From Lama glama (taxonomy: Eukaryota): DNA of 64,000 nt. Below are positions 14,570 to 27,600 of this stretch, piece after piece (within the stretch, counting starts at the first letter, position 1; every line of letters starts with the position of its first letter). The DNA lies in contig CM052817.1 of assembly GCA_028534125.1 (NCBI GenBank), positions 81,346,001 through 81,410,000 of the forward strand. The letters run 5' to 3'. Position numbers and translations under genes: made by a program. The notes below the pieces were generated by a model that was given only the letters and a program-made list of their open reading frames with translations, was not told the origin of the DNA and did no database searches.

Positions 14570-15240
14570 GTGAAAGTTCTTTGTCAGCCTTTTTTAGTTT
14601 TAGCCATTCTCATGGATATATAGTTAAATCTCATTGTGACCACAAATTGTTTTCTCTTACCAACTAATGTTGAGCCTCTTTTCACAGATTATATGCCATC
14701 TGTATATCATCTTTAATGAAGTATTAAAGTATTATTTTGCCCATTTTTCAGTTAGGATGAATTAGGTTTTCATTGCTATTGTGTAGTACAAGTTCTTTCT
14801 TTATTTTAGACACAAATGCCCATTTGACAAAAATACTGTTCTTTCACTGTTGAATTACTTTGGCATTTTGTTGAAAGTCAGTGGAAAGAATATGTGTAGA
14901 TCTGTTCATGGACTCTTTTCTGTTCCTTTGATTTACATTTTTATCTTTATGTCAATACCATACTATTTATTGATTATTATTGATTACTTTTATAGTAAAT
15001 CCAATTTTTTTCTTTTTCAAAGCTGTTTTGAATACCTTAAGTTCTTTGTATTTCCGTGTAAATTTTCAAATCACTTTGTTAATACCCACAAAAATAGTCT
15101 GCTGGACTCTTGATTGGTATTTCATAGACGATCTATAGGTAATTTGGAGAGAATTGACTTAAGACTATTGAGTCCTCTGATTCATGAAGACAATGTATCA
15201 CTATTTCTCTCAGCAATGTTTTGAAGTTTTTAGTGTACAT
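14570..15240 (-). mobile_element. Antisense LINE-1 ORF2 fragment
   Basis: T-rich; TTTAGCCATTCT...CTCATTGTG and ATCTATAGGTAATTTGGAGAGAATTGAC motifs. Confidence 0.8.
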
Positions 15241-15269
15241 AAATGTAAAATGTAAAAAAACTATTTGAG

Positions 15270-18200
15270 CATTTAGAAAAAAGAGCAAAAATCTTCACAG
15301 TCTACGGCTAAAATAGTTCTCAGATTTGACAGAAAAAGCACAATCCTTTATAAAAATTTGATAAACTGGACTGTATTAAAATTTAAAACATTTGCTTTGC
15401 AAAAGATTACATGACGAAACTTAAGACAAGTTACAAACTGTCAGAAAATATTTGTAAACCATATATCTGACAAAGGACTAATATCTAGACTATATAAAAA
15501 ACTTTCAAAACTCTACATTAAAAAACAAAAAAATCCAATTGGAAAACAGGCAACCAATACAAACCTTTGACTGAAGAGGATATATAGATGGCACCTGGAC
15601 ACATGAAGAGGTGTTCGGCATCATCAGTCATTAGGGAACTTCAAATTCAAACTACTACACATTTATTACAATTTATCAGAATAGCTGAAATTAAAAAGTG
15701 ACAGCATCAAATGCTCATAAGGATGTGAAGATATTGAAGCACTCATACATAACTGATGAAAATGTAAAATGATATGGTCAGTCTGGAGAAGTTTGGGTGT
15801 TTCTTATAAACTTAAATATGCAATTACCATGTGACCCAACAATTGCAGTTCTGGCATTTATCCTAGAGAAATGACACTTTATGTTCACACACAAACCTGT
15901 ATACAGATATTGAGAGCAGCTTAATTCATAACAGCTCAAAACTGGAAAGAGTCCACATGTCCATCAATGAATGGGGGAACAGTTAAACTGTGGTACGAAC
16001 ACACCATGGAAAATTATTTAGTAATACAAAGAAGAACAACTACCAATACACACAACTTGGATGAATCTCAAGAGAATTCTGTTGCATGAAAACAGTCAAT
16101 CCAAAAAGATTACATACTCTATGATTTTATTTATATAACAATTTTGAAATAGCAAAATTATTAAAATGGAGACTAGATTAGCGATTGCCAGGAGTTAGGA
16201 ATGGAGGGGCTGGATAGGAAGCAGGTGAGTGTAGTTATAAAGGACCCTTGTAGTCATGGACCTGTTCTGTATTTTGACTGCTGTGTTGGATACAGGAAAC
16301 TATGTGTGTGATAAAATTGAATAGAACTAAATGTGTGTGCATGCGCACACACACACATACACACAAATGAATACAAAAAAAATTGGGGAAATCTAACAAG
16401 TACAAGTGAAACTAGGTAAACTGGAGTAAGGTGGTGGATTGTACCAGTGATAATATACTGCCTGTGATATTGCTCTATAGTTTTTCAAGATGCTGCCATA
16501 GGAGGAAATTAGAAAAAGTGTTCATAGGATATTTGTTATTTCTTACAGCTGCATATAAACCTACAATTATTGAAACAAGTTTCAATTAAAAAGGCTGACA
16601 ATATCAAGTGTGGGTGAAAATGTGGAGAACCTAGAAATCTAATTAGTTGTTGGTGAGAATACAAAATGGCACAGCCACCCTTTAAAGTGTTTCATTGGAT
16701 TCTTATACATGTAAAGGTACACTTATATTGGCAACCCAGCAATCCCACTCCTAGGCATTTACTCAAGACAAATGAAGTCATATGGTGACACAAATGTCTA
16801 AGCGCAAATGCTCATAAAAGCATTATTCACAATAGCCAACAACTGGAAACAACTCAAATGTCTACCAACTTGTGAAAGGATAAACAAATTGTGGTGCAGC
16901 CCTACCGTGGAATAGTGACTACAACTCAGCAATAAAACCTGTGCTGCTCATATGTGCTGCAGTGTGGATGAGTCTCAAAACCATTAAGCTAAGTGAAATA
17001 AGCCAGGCACAATCACACCTACGTGACTTATATTATATTTTCAAAGGCACTTTCTGAGGTGATGGAAATATTCTATACCTCAAGTATGGTGATGTTTATA
17101 TTGTATGCACTTGTCAAAACTCTTCAGATCATCCTTTAAAAGGATGAATTTTATTGTATGTAAGTTATACTTCACTTGAAAAATTAGCAAGACTTTTGAA
17201 TACATGATCAATATACTGAAATAAACTATTTCTATATACACCAACAAACAGGAAATAAAAGAAAAATACCATTTACAACAGCATCAATAAACAACAAATT
17301 ACCTAGGGATATATCTGATAAATGCACATACCTCTGTACAGTAAACTAAGAAACATGACTGAAAGTAAAGCTATAAACCAATGACAAATATAACAGCTAC
17401 ATTGATTGGAAGACTAAATGCAGAAACAAATCAATTCACCCAATGCCAAATTGATCTTCAAATTCAATACAATCTTAACCAAAATGTCAGCAAGTTTATT
17501 CTTTTCAATGAAAATTGAGAAGCGATTTTAAAAGTTCATGGAAATGCAGAATGTTTAGAAGAGCCAAGGCAGTCTTGAAGAAAAATGTGGAAGGATTCAC
17601 ACACTACTAGATGTTAAAACTTATTATAAAGCCACAGTAATTAAGTGAGTCTGATATTGGCTCAAGAATGGATGAAAAGATCCACCCATATAAGAATACC
17701 TGACTTACGACAAAGTGATAGTAAATTACACTGAGAAATAGATAATGCTAGATTAATATGATAACTAATCAAGGTAATACAATAAACCTATTCTAAGGAA
17801 ACATAGGAGACTATGGTCATGACCTGGGACAGGCAAATATACAACAGGACACAAAAAAGCAGAAGTACTAAAAATAATAGATTAACTAAGAATCTCTACC
17901 AAAAAATGCCATTATGGGAGTGAAAAGCAAAGCACAGAATCAGAGAAGATATTTACATTGTATATATTATAAAAAGAATTTATATCCAAAATATAAAAGA
18001 ATTTCTATGAACCAGGAAACCCAAGGGGTAAAAAGGGCAAATTTCTTCACATGATAGCTTATACAAGTAGATGAAAATTACATGAAAAAGTGTAATTTCT
18101 TTAGTCATGTGGGAAATGTAAATTCAAATCTCAATGCAAGACTATTATACAATTAAACAAAATAACCAAAAAGAAAAAAGAAGAAAATTAAATAATACCA

Positions 18201-18865
18201 AGTGCTGGCAAAGATGTAGGGAAACAAGACTTCTGTATATGGCTGGGGTGAGTAGAAATGGACACAGTCACCTGGGAAAACTGTTTGACATTATCTATGA
18301 AAGCTAATCATACACATATCCTAAGACCCAGTAATTTCACTCAAATCATTACAAAGAAATACATACATATGGACACCAAAAATATGCACAAAATGTTACT
18401 CCTTGTAGAATTTTTAATAAAAACAATCCAAATACCCATTAGTAGTCAAATGGATTTTTTAAAGTATGCTAGATTTACACAATGGAGTATTATACAATTT
18501 AAAAACTAAACAATACAATATAGCAACGAAAAGGGACAAACCACTGTCACACACACAGTGTGGATGAATTTCACAAACATGTTAAGGGAAACAAACTAGC
18601 AGAAAAAGAACACATTCATTCCATTTATATGAAGTTTAAGAAAATAGTGATATAATTTATGGTGATTACAGTCAGAATAGTGGTTTTCTTTGTTGCGGGT
18701 AATGTCTGGGAAGTGACAATGGAGGTTTCTGAGAGATTGAGGCCTGCATCTTGATGAGGGTGATGGTTAAACAGGTATGTTCATTTATTAAAAAACGTAT
18801 AGGACAGGAACTTAGCATTTGTGTATTTTCCTGTATGTGTAATTCAACATAAGTTTACAAATAAA
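15270..18865 (+). mobile_element. Array of at least three old L1 3' segments (~15270-16590, ~16590-17180, ~17200-18865)
   Basis: The ORF2 C-terminal/3'UTR series (GACCCAGCAAT-like, AACTGGAAA-like, TGGATGAATCTCA-like motifs) recurs three times. Confidence 0.8.
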
Positions 18866-19586
18866 ATGGGAGTTAACAGACCCATTAAAAATGTAGCGTC
18901 AGTTCTTGGGGGACATACCTTTCTATCAATTTCCACACATGTAGACCAAGAATAAGTAAAAGCTAGAAGTACACAGGGGGCTTTTTCTAAACTTTAAAAA
19001 TATATTTCTTCTGAGGATATGGTTCTTAGAATTTAGCTAAATTTTGCCCATGTGGTAATGACAGTTTGTATTTAAGAGCAGAAATCTAAACATGTAGTAA
19101 ATTTCAAATGACTCCATTTTAATATTGGATAACTGTAGTTTTACTGTAATAGCAAGGCAGGCAAGCAGAGATTACATCTTAAAGATAAGATTAGTGCATA
19201 TACTGCACTATAAAACTTTCCTAGAAATTCAGGAATCTAAGTCTTCGGTGTCTATTCCACTACTATTGTTTGGCATCCTTCCAACTGCTAGGGCAAAGGA
19301 GTGAAAACAGTAGTTGCTGCCAGTTCTCCAGCATATTTCCTTGGACCACCAACTAGAAAATTTCATCTAAGTTTATTTAGTCAATCAGTCTGTTTAAAAA
19401 TTCTTCTATGTACATCACTCATTTGTGTTTAAACCTTGTTATTAAAACTTTAGAGTAGAAAAATTTTTTAATGCAACAAATTTATAATGAATGCAAGTAG
19501 GTAATTACTACAGAATCCCGGGATTATCATAAAATCACCCAACAGAACTTGCCTTGCTGGCCTTTTTAGAAACCTCTTTGGAGCAA

Positions 19587-19625
19587 GCGCGCGCGCGCAC
19601 ACACACGCACACACACACACACACA
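19587..19625. repeat. (GC)6-(AC)n alternating purine-pyrimidine microsatellite
   Basis: Read directly. Confidence 0.95.
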
Positions 19626-19684
19626 AATGATACTGTGTTCTGGTAGGGGAAGCAGAAAGACATGAAGAAGTGACTTGTTTACTG

Positions 19685-22600
19685 AGTGAAGAATACATAG
19701 AAATTTATTTAGAACATGAATGCCATGTTTGCAATAAAATCCCAAAATATCAAATGCGCCATAGTATTCTGATGCTCAAGGAGCACACATGCACACAATT
19801 TATTGGGTTACTGCAATTTCAGAACACATGAAACTTGACATGTTATGTTATTGGTGGGGGGGAGAATATGTCTTTACAGAAGCTTTAGGACAAAGGCTAG
19901 ATTTTTTTTGTTGTTTTTCTACCTTCCTTTGAAACTTTTTATATCTCATTTTTTTTCTGTGTAAAATATTTTCAAAATCATTTGCTCAATATTTACTTAA
20001 GTTAATAATTTAAAACAACTAACAGTTGTTTTTAGTGTAAGCATGTCATGCATGTTCTATTCGCTCAAAGATGAAATTAAAACAAGATATCCTCTGTAAA
20101 GCAAATATATTTATTATGCACTTTCATATACATAGGGATTTTTGCTTAATATAATACAAGGAATAAAATAAAACTTTTACAATGTGAAATTCAATGTACA
20201 TTTTAGGCTATTTACATACCTCAAACCAAGGGAAAAATTTTAAAAAAAGCATTTGTAACTACATCTGCAGAGAAGTGTAAATGGAGGACACTAAGCAAAA
20301 CAAACATTTGCATAGCCAAACAATATTGAGAAAAGTATTTGCTCCTGTTTTTCAAGCAGTGAACTACTTTTGGTGAGGATTCCGGTCAGCGTGAGGGTGA
20401 GGGTGAGGGGCATAACTGGCTGTACTTTGCAGCACACACTGCGTCCTGGTCAGTCTTCCTTCCAAAACCTACAAACATTGACATTTTTATCTTTCATTAC
20501 TGTATTTTTTTATCACTTCCCTTATTATCAACTCATGACTTCTAGGGAATGAGTGCAGATGGAATGGTATAAAAATGTTATAAGCAGATGGCATCATAGT
20601 CGTGTAGTGGCATCAGGTGATTTACAAAATTTAAACATTTTTATTTTAAAAATAGCTATTGAGGAGCTTTATAGTTGCGGGACTATTTTTACTCTTCTTA
20701 ATGGAGCAGAAGCCATTTTCAGTCATAGTATTAAATAAATCCCCACCAAAACCAGTAAGAAAAGCAGGGCATCTTCAGCTCCCCCTTATCATCCTTACCC
20801 GAACTGAAAGCCACTGCTATTCTACTCCAAAGCTTAATTAATATAAAAACATCCAAAGGAATACTTACTTTTGAAAGTCATATTTTCCCAACAGTTTCTC
20901 TTCCTACAGCTGTTTCAAGTGTATATAGAATGGATATGAAAACATTTAGCTCTTCCAAAAACATAAGTCCCTCATGTAATGAGTCATATCTTTGCCCTTT
21001 GGCCACAAGGTGCACTTTTGTAAAAACAATAAAATTAAATAAATACAATTCCAATAATTCAAAGTTTAATAGAAAAACCGGCAGCTTTCAGGATTCTCTT
21101 TCTAAAGAAAAATACACCTACTAAGAAATTAGAGCTTCATCTTCTAGAATTACGTAAATGCACTGTGTTTGAGATATGACCAAAGTTGGTTCTAATAATA
21201 GTATGTGTCCATATTTATTAACAGAATCATTAACACTTTTAAGGCTACTTTGCAAGAGTCCTATTAAGTGTATTTAATAAATGTCCCATGGGGACAAAAA
21301 TTCAATACTTGAAACATTCACATTCGAGTTATCAATATTGCCATGTCACCTTAATATTGATTGATCTTACCAACTTATCTCCTATTCCTGATTATAACTT
21401 ACTGATGACATAAACACATGTGCTTTGCTGACTTAAAAAAACAGAAGCAAAATAAAAGCCTTACACAAAGATCAAGTGAAACATTTATCGCAATCAATTA
21501 CACATTTCTATTTCCGTGAACAACGCACCACATGTGTCCTTCATACATGAAGATGACATTACTGACCTCTGTTACTAAGACATCTTCTAAAGATTTTTTC
21601 CAGTAGTAGCAATGGTTTTGTGCTGAATCTCCAAATTCTCTTTCCTTATTCCTCCTTATCAACAGCACATGGAAAGAATAAAACGTGGGTTTTGTAAGAT
21701 CCCAGGCGTTTTCATAGATCAAACCTACAAACCTTGGTTTCTGAACAATACATTCTAACCTTTCCAGACATGCACATAACCCATCTAAACTAGCTCAACT
21801 GGTTTAGAGTCCATCCTGGAGGCTAAGGCTGTGGTCACATGCTCATTTGAGCAATCAAGTTTGTTTTTCTTGGTTACATCCATTATTCTGGAAGCAACTG
21901 TCCAAAGAGGAAAACAGGAAAGAGTATGTGGACAGAAAAGTGCAAATCTATTACTAATATTTATCAAATAGCAATAAAAAAATACACCTGTGCTCTGACT
22001 GAAAGGTTAGTGCTGTCACCCATGAAGAGAACACATATTCACCAAGAATATTCATCCAACGAATCACTAAAATTAATCTAACTGATTTTGGGTGGGGGCT
22101 ATTTTGGTCATGCAGTGATTTACAAAACACAGAGAAGCCAGCATTAAAATTTAGAGTGACAAATTATATTTTATTTAACTGAATGGAAGAGATAAGAGTA
22201 GTCAATGAATTGTTCAGGGATCAGAAATCTACCCTCAGATCGACAGGTGCATCTCCCGCTACACACATGTGCCACTGAGGCCTGGCTTTGTCCCTGAGAA
22301 TTTTCATGCCTCAGGAATGATCATCTGTCTTCTTGGAGGTGGAATGACAAGTGAGTGGAAGGTGAAATTGCATCCTAGTGAATGAAACAGAACTTTGTTC
22401 TGCCTACAGTCTGTGTGAATTTTTTTTCTTTTCTTTCTTTCTTTTGAAACTTTAGCTGAAGATTAGGAGGATGCTACTGTGAAATCCAAATTTAAACTAC
22501 TTAGAGCAGCTCCCTAAAATACTACACTTTAAAAAAGTCTTTCACAAAACCATTTTTTTTCATCTCAGTGTGGCATTAAATAGAAACACAGTTTATAACC

Positions 22601-23122
22601 AATGCTGAAGGTGTAGTGAACATAAAATAGTTGTATGATTTATTTTATTGAATGACATTTTTAAGGATACAGGAAACATACACTACAACAAGGCAAATGT
22701 GACTGAAACACTATGCTTAAGTTTCGTTTGCCACAGAAAGAAAAAAATAAATACAAGGAACACTGCCTTTTCATATATATTTGATCATGGCACATGCACA
22801 TTTATCAAATCTTAACTTAAAATGCTTTACTCAAAATTTTTCAGCTTTTAGAGGAACTGCAGTATATATCTGCATTGAAAAAAAAGTGCTTATTCTTGGG
22901 TAGTGAATATAAAGCACACAAAATGAAATTTGTTAAGCACAGAGGGTTACATTGAGAAGGCAGCCTTACTATTTAGGCACATTACAGTAATTAAGGTAAC
23001 TTTACTGCAGATATCACATTCTTCATTTTTTTTTCCAGCAAATCAACAGGCATTTGATGTTTTCATCCAGTAGCTGAAGAATCACTCCAATCACAATGTC
23101 TTCTGTTTCACAGAACAGGAAA
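19685..23122 (-). other. ANKRD50: ANKRD50 terminal exon 5 (3'UTR only; 3' end approximate)
   Basis: Donor GAG|GTAAGG 3 nt after the stop (GT at 24663-24662). Acceptor TTTTTTTTTTAACTTTTGCACTAG|TTT (AG at 23124-23123). AT-rich, repeat-poor sequence ending at AATAAA (19709-19704). Confidence 0.75.
19704..19709 (-). terminator. Distal polyadenylation signal AATAAA (a second hexamer at 19804-19799)
   Basis: Plus strand TTTATT; a GU-rich tract lies downstream on the minus strand (19625-19587). Confidence 0.65.
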
Positions 23123-24267
23123 CTAGTGCAAAAGTTAAAAAAAAAATTAATTTCTACACTACACTTATTATATAACTACACATACTTTTAAAACCCTACA
23201 TAATATATATATTTACTATGTAAAGCACAAAAGAAGACCCATTAGCGATTCATTATTTAATGTATAAATCACTTTTAAAGATTCCACAAAGTGTTTACCT
23301 TAATTCATCTGTGTTAATTATTAATATTGATCTACACTTAACCTTCATGAAAGCTTTCAAGAGAGTTGGAGAGTTGAACAATGAGTTGGAGAGTTGAGAG
23401 ATGAACTAAATATTTTTAAAATAAACGATATTGGAGAATGAATTAACTTTTATACAAATTAATTTTGAATGATAGTTGAGCAGTTCATAAATTCACATGG
23501 AAAGGTGTTTATTATTAGAAAGTATAGGAAATTTACTTATAATAATGTTTCACTTAAATAAAACATCCTTAAAATATAACTCCGAAAATGAAAAAAAAAA
23601 AAAAAGCAAAAGAAAGAGATTTCAGTTTGCTAAAGGAAAGAACACAATTTTGTTAGAGGATGAAAAATGACAGAGCAAAGTGGGATAAATACACCTGGAG
23701 GAGAAGCCAGTACAAATTCCTAATGAAGTCTTTGAAATTTATCTCTAATATGAGACGTGTACTTCTGAAAATGTATCCATAACATAAAATTATGTGTCTA
23801 TTTTCCCATTAACTTCCTCTTTATTATAATTAGTGATGCGTCCATTGTGGTGGAAAGGAGAAAAAATCTTTTTATTTAATAAATGTAACTTTATTTTGAG
23901 GTTTAAACATTTAATTCTTATGTCTAAATACACTGGGCTCTAAATAAATACCCTCTTTCCAAGATATCCATTTATCAACTTTCTACACCTATTCTTGGTA
24001 TGTGTAAATTTTACCCAGAAGATTCTTAAGACATCTTTCACAATAAAAATTACATTTTGCTGATTAATTTTTTATTTCTCCCAGGGTGAATAAAGAAAGG
24101 ACAGGAACCTTCACTACCCACCTACCTAGACACTACGTACACAACTTTATTCAAACCCAAAAGGGAGTATTACAGACATGGCCCCTGCTTGTTACCATCA
24201 AAGAACCTTTAAGAGGGGAAATGACTATATAGGAAGGAATTCTTAATCTGAGACCCACAAATAGTAT

Positions 24268-24620
24268 ATTCATTCACTCACTCATTTGTTCACTTACTCA
24301 ACACATTTTTACTGAGAAACTACTGTCAGTCCCAGGACATGGAATTCAAAAGAGAAAAATCCCGACCCTCACAAAGACTACATTTTAGTTGGGAGGAGAC
24401 TAACAATGAACACAGTAATAAATAAAATGTATGAAGTGTGTGAAATAGTAAGTACTGCGCCGCTGTCAGCAGGAAAGGGGGAAAGGGAGTGCCGGAGGCG
24501 GGAGAATTCAAACTGGAAAGAGGGACGAGGGAGGCTCTTGCTGAGAAGACGACACAAATAGTGACGAGGTGAGGGAACTGGCCCTGGGAATTAGGGAAGG
24601 GAGTGTTCTAAGGAGAGGGA
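24268..24620 (-). mobile_element. L2 3' end fragment in the 3'UTR intron
   Basis: (ATTC)n-like tail followed by CAACACATTTTTACTGAG...CCCTCACAAAGACTACATTTTAGTTGGGAGGAGAC. Confidence 0.7.
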
Positions 24621-24666
24621 ACTGTGCTTTTGATATTTATTCTTTATGTTGATGAAACCTTACCTC

Positions 24667-27600
24667 TTACAACGGTGTTTCCTTCTTGTAGTTGAAGCTA
24701 GGGTCAGAGCCCTCAATCTGAAGCTTCAGGGCTTGTTTGAGGCTTAACTCCGTCTCCGAGGAAGGATATCCTTCTAACACTTCCTGATGCCCTCTGTCTT
24801 GTATTGTTCGTGGGACTGAGACCCTACCAAGAAAAACCTGGTTGCTCTGAAGATGATAATTTGGATTTGTCATTATTCCATTTCTCTTCTTCTGTTCCCC
24901 ACTTTGTTGATGAATAAGAAACTGCTGTTGCGATCGACCAATTTCCTGCTGAGCTGAAGGTATCGTGATTTTGCACTGCGATTCTGTGGGCATTTGTTTA
25001 GATGGTGCACTGGTCCCAGATTTGGCTGCAGGTCCTCTTTTATCAAACTGAGTCATTTCATATTCCAAAACCTTTGGCTGTGAAGAATTATTTTGTTTCG
25101 CTTTTTTCCCAGCTGACCCAGATTTGCCGGAATTTTCTGATTTCCCCCCTTTATTTGTCTTAGTTGACTTCAAACTGGGCTTTACTTGGCTCCACTCAAA
25201 CTCGCTACTGGGTGAGTTGTGGCTCTGCCCCAAGGACTGCGTTGTGGAAGACGGGGAAACGATCGACTGCCGACTTCTACTGCGCGGCAGTGAATGCTGC
25301 TGAATTTGCTCTGTAAATGACAGGCTGTGAAAGCTGTCAATTGGCACTGTCTGAGCCGTTGCTGTAGATGAAGTGGTTCTCAAAGACGAATTTTTTGAGC
25401 TTTTCAAGGAATTATTTGACAATGATGACTTCTGCCGATCAACTGTTGAATCAGGCGATTCTGAAGGAGAACTGAAGGCGTGAGCTGGCCCGTTCGGTAA
25501 CCCGCGCAGCGATGGCTGCACGTCCCCTCCACCCGTGCTGCCAGAGCTATTCGACTTAATTGTTAGTGATTGCGTTTTTGAAGTCACCGATTGTAGAGGT
25601 TTCTGCTCCATGGTGTGTACAGGAGATGGAGAACAGCCATTCAAACTGGATGCACCATATTTTTCTAATAATTTAATTATTTGAGAATGTCCGTTTTTGG
25701 CGGCAACACGCATAGCAGTGCGTCCAAACTGGTCAGCGTGGTTTGGATCAGCACCATGCTCCAACAGAACCTGCACAACATCAATGTGCCCTTCCTGGGC
25801 CGCAATACAGAGCGCAGTGGCACCCTGATTGCACGTGTGGTCGACCACGGCACTGTGCTCGATCAGAAGCTGCACCACTTTCACGTGGCCCTGCCAGGCT
25901 GCAGACTGCAGAGCAGAGCGCTTTTCATTGTCTGCAGCGTTGACGTCAGCGTGGTAGGTGATCAGAAGCTGCACCATTTCCAAGTGGCCCTGCCAGCAGG
26001 AAACATGAAGTGCTGTCCTTCCTTCAGCATCACTTGCTTCTACATTTGCCCCATTTTCTAAAAAGTACTCAGCCATCGTAAGTTGGTTTTCTAAGGCCAA
26101 AATATAAAGTGTGGGCCTCCCATCGGCATCTTTGTAGTTAACATCGGCTCCATGGCTGAAAAGTAATTCAACAATGTCCCTGTGTCCTTCTAACGCAGCA
26201 ACCCGCAGTGCATTTCTTCCATCGTAACCTCTCTGATCAATGTTCGATTTATTTTCCAGTAATATTTGAACACAATCATAATGACCCTCTTGTGAAGCTA
26301 GTATGAAGGGTATCCGCCCATCATTGTCAATCTCATTTGTTCTAGCACCTTGTTCAATAAGTGCCTCACATATTAACCTGTGACCTTCAAAAGCTGCCAT
26401 GTGCAAAGGTGTCCATCCAGCATCGTCTCTGTGGTTTTCATCTAACCCTCTATCCAGGAGAGTACGTACTACTTCAACATTTCCTTGGGCTGAAGCTATG
26501 CTGAGGACTGTCCTCCCTTCACTGTCAATGCTGTCCACAGCTGCACCCCAAAACAAAAGTGTGTTTACAACCGAAGCATGACCCATAGAAGCTGCTGCTA
26601 AGAGGGGTGTACGACCATTGTTATCTGTGTGGTCTACATCTGCTCCCCCCTCTAGAAGCAAGTCAACCACATCGACGTGTCCTTCATAGGCAGCTACCAG
26701 CAGCGGAGTCATGCCATCTTTATCACAATGATCTACTTCAGCACCTCGATCGATTAAGAGGCTAACAACTGATGCATGCCCTTTACTTGCGGGAACACAA
26801 AGCGCAGCTACAGAGAGTGCAGTCCTTCCATCCACATCCTCGTGATTCACTTCTGCTCCGTGGTCCAGCAGGTGTTCCACAATCTCTCTGTGTCCCATGT
26901 AGGCTGCTGCTATCAAAGCAGTTCTGCCTTCATTATCAGCTTTGTTGACTTCAGCACCATGTTGGAGCAAATTCAGGACAATATCCTCATGTCCTCCCCA
27001 GGCTGCTGCTCTCAGAGCAGTTCTGCTATCAGCGTCCGCACAATCCACTTTTACACCAGCATAAAGCAGTGCAGAAACCACCTCAGTGTGACCACCCCAA
27101 GCAGCAGATCTTAATGCTGTCCAGCCATCTTGATCAGTATGATTAATATTTGCTCCACAGCTAATCAAGCAATTAACCACCTTGGTATGTCCCTGTCTGG
27201 CAGCTAGGGTAAGTGGTGTGTGTCCATGAGCATCTTCTATCTCTAAATCTGCTCCCCTGGATACAAGTAAATTCACTACATCAAGGTTGCCGCTGTAAGC
27301 AGCATTAGCCAATAATGTCCTCCCATTCGAATCACACTGATTCACAGAAGCTCCATTATCTAATAATGTCTGAATGGAATCCTCTCTTTCTAAGGCCTGT
27401 CGGACTATGCATGATGTGCGATCATCTTCACTGTTGACATGAGCACCAGCTTTAACCAACAGCTGTAGCACTTCTTGTTCCTTGGGTATTAAAGTAGACA
27501 GGGAGTCTCTGACAGGTGTACCATTCCATATCATCCACAGAGCTAACTCAGCTGTCTCTAACTGTAAGTTTGAATTAATTAAGTGCAATGCAAATTCTTG

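Noticed and set aside
25681..27114. Plus-strand ORFs antisense to exon 4
   Set aside because: Shadow ORFs of the coding strand with no recognisable protein features.
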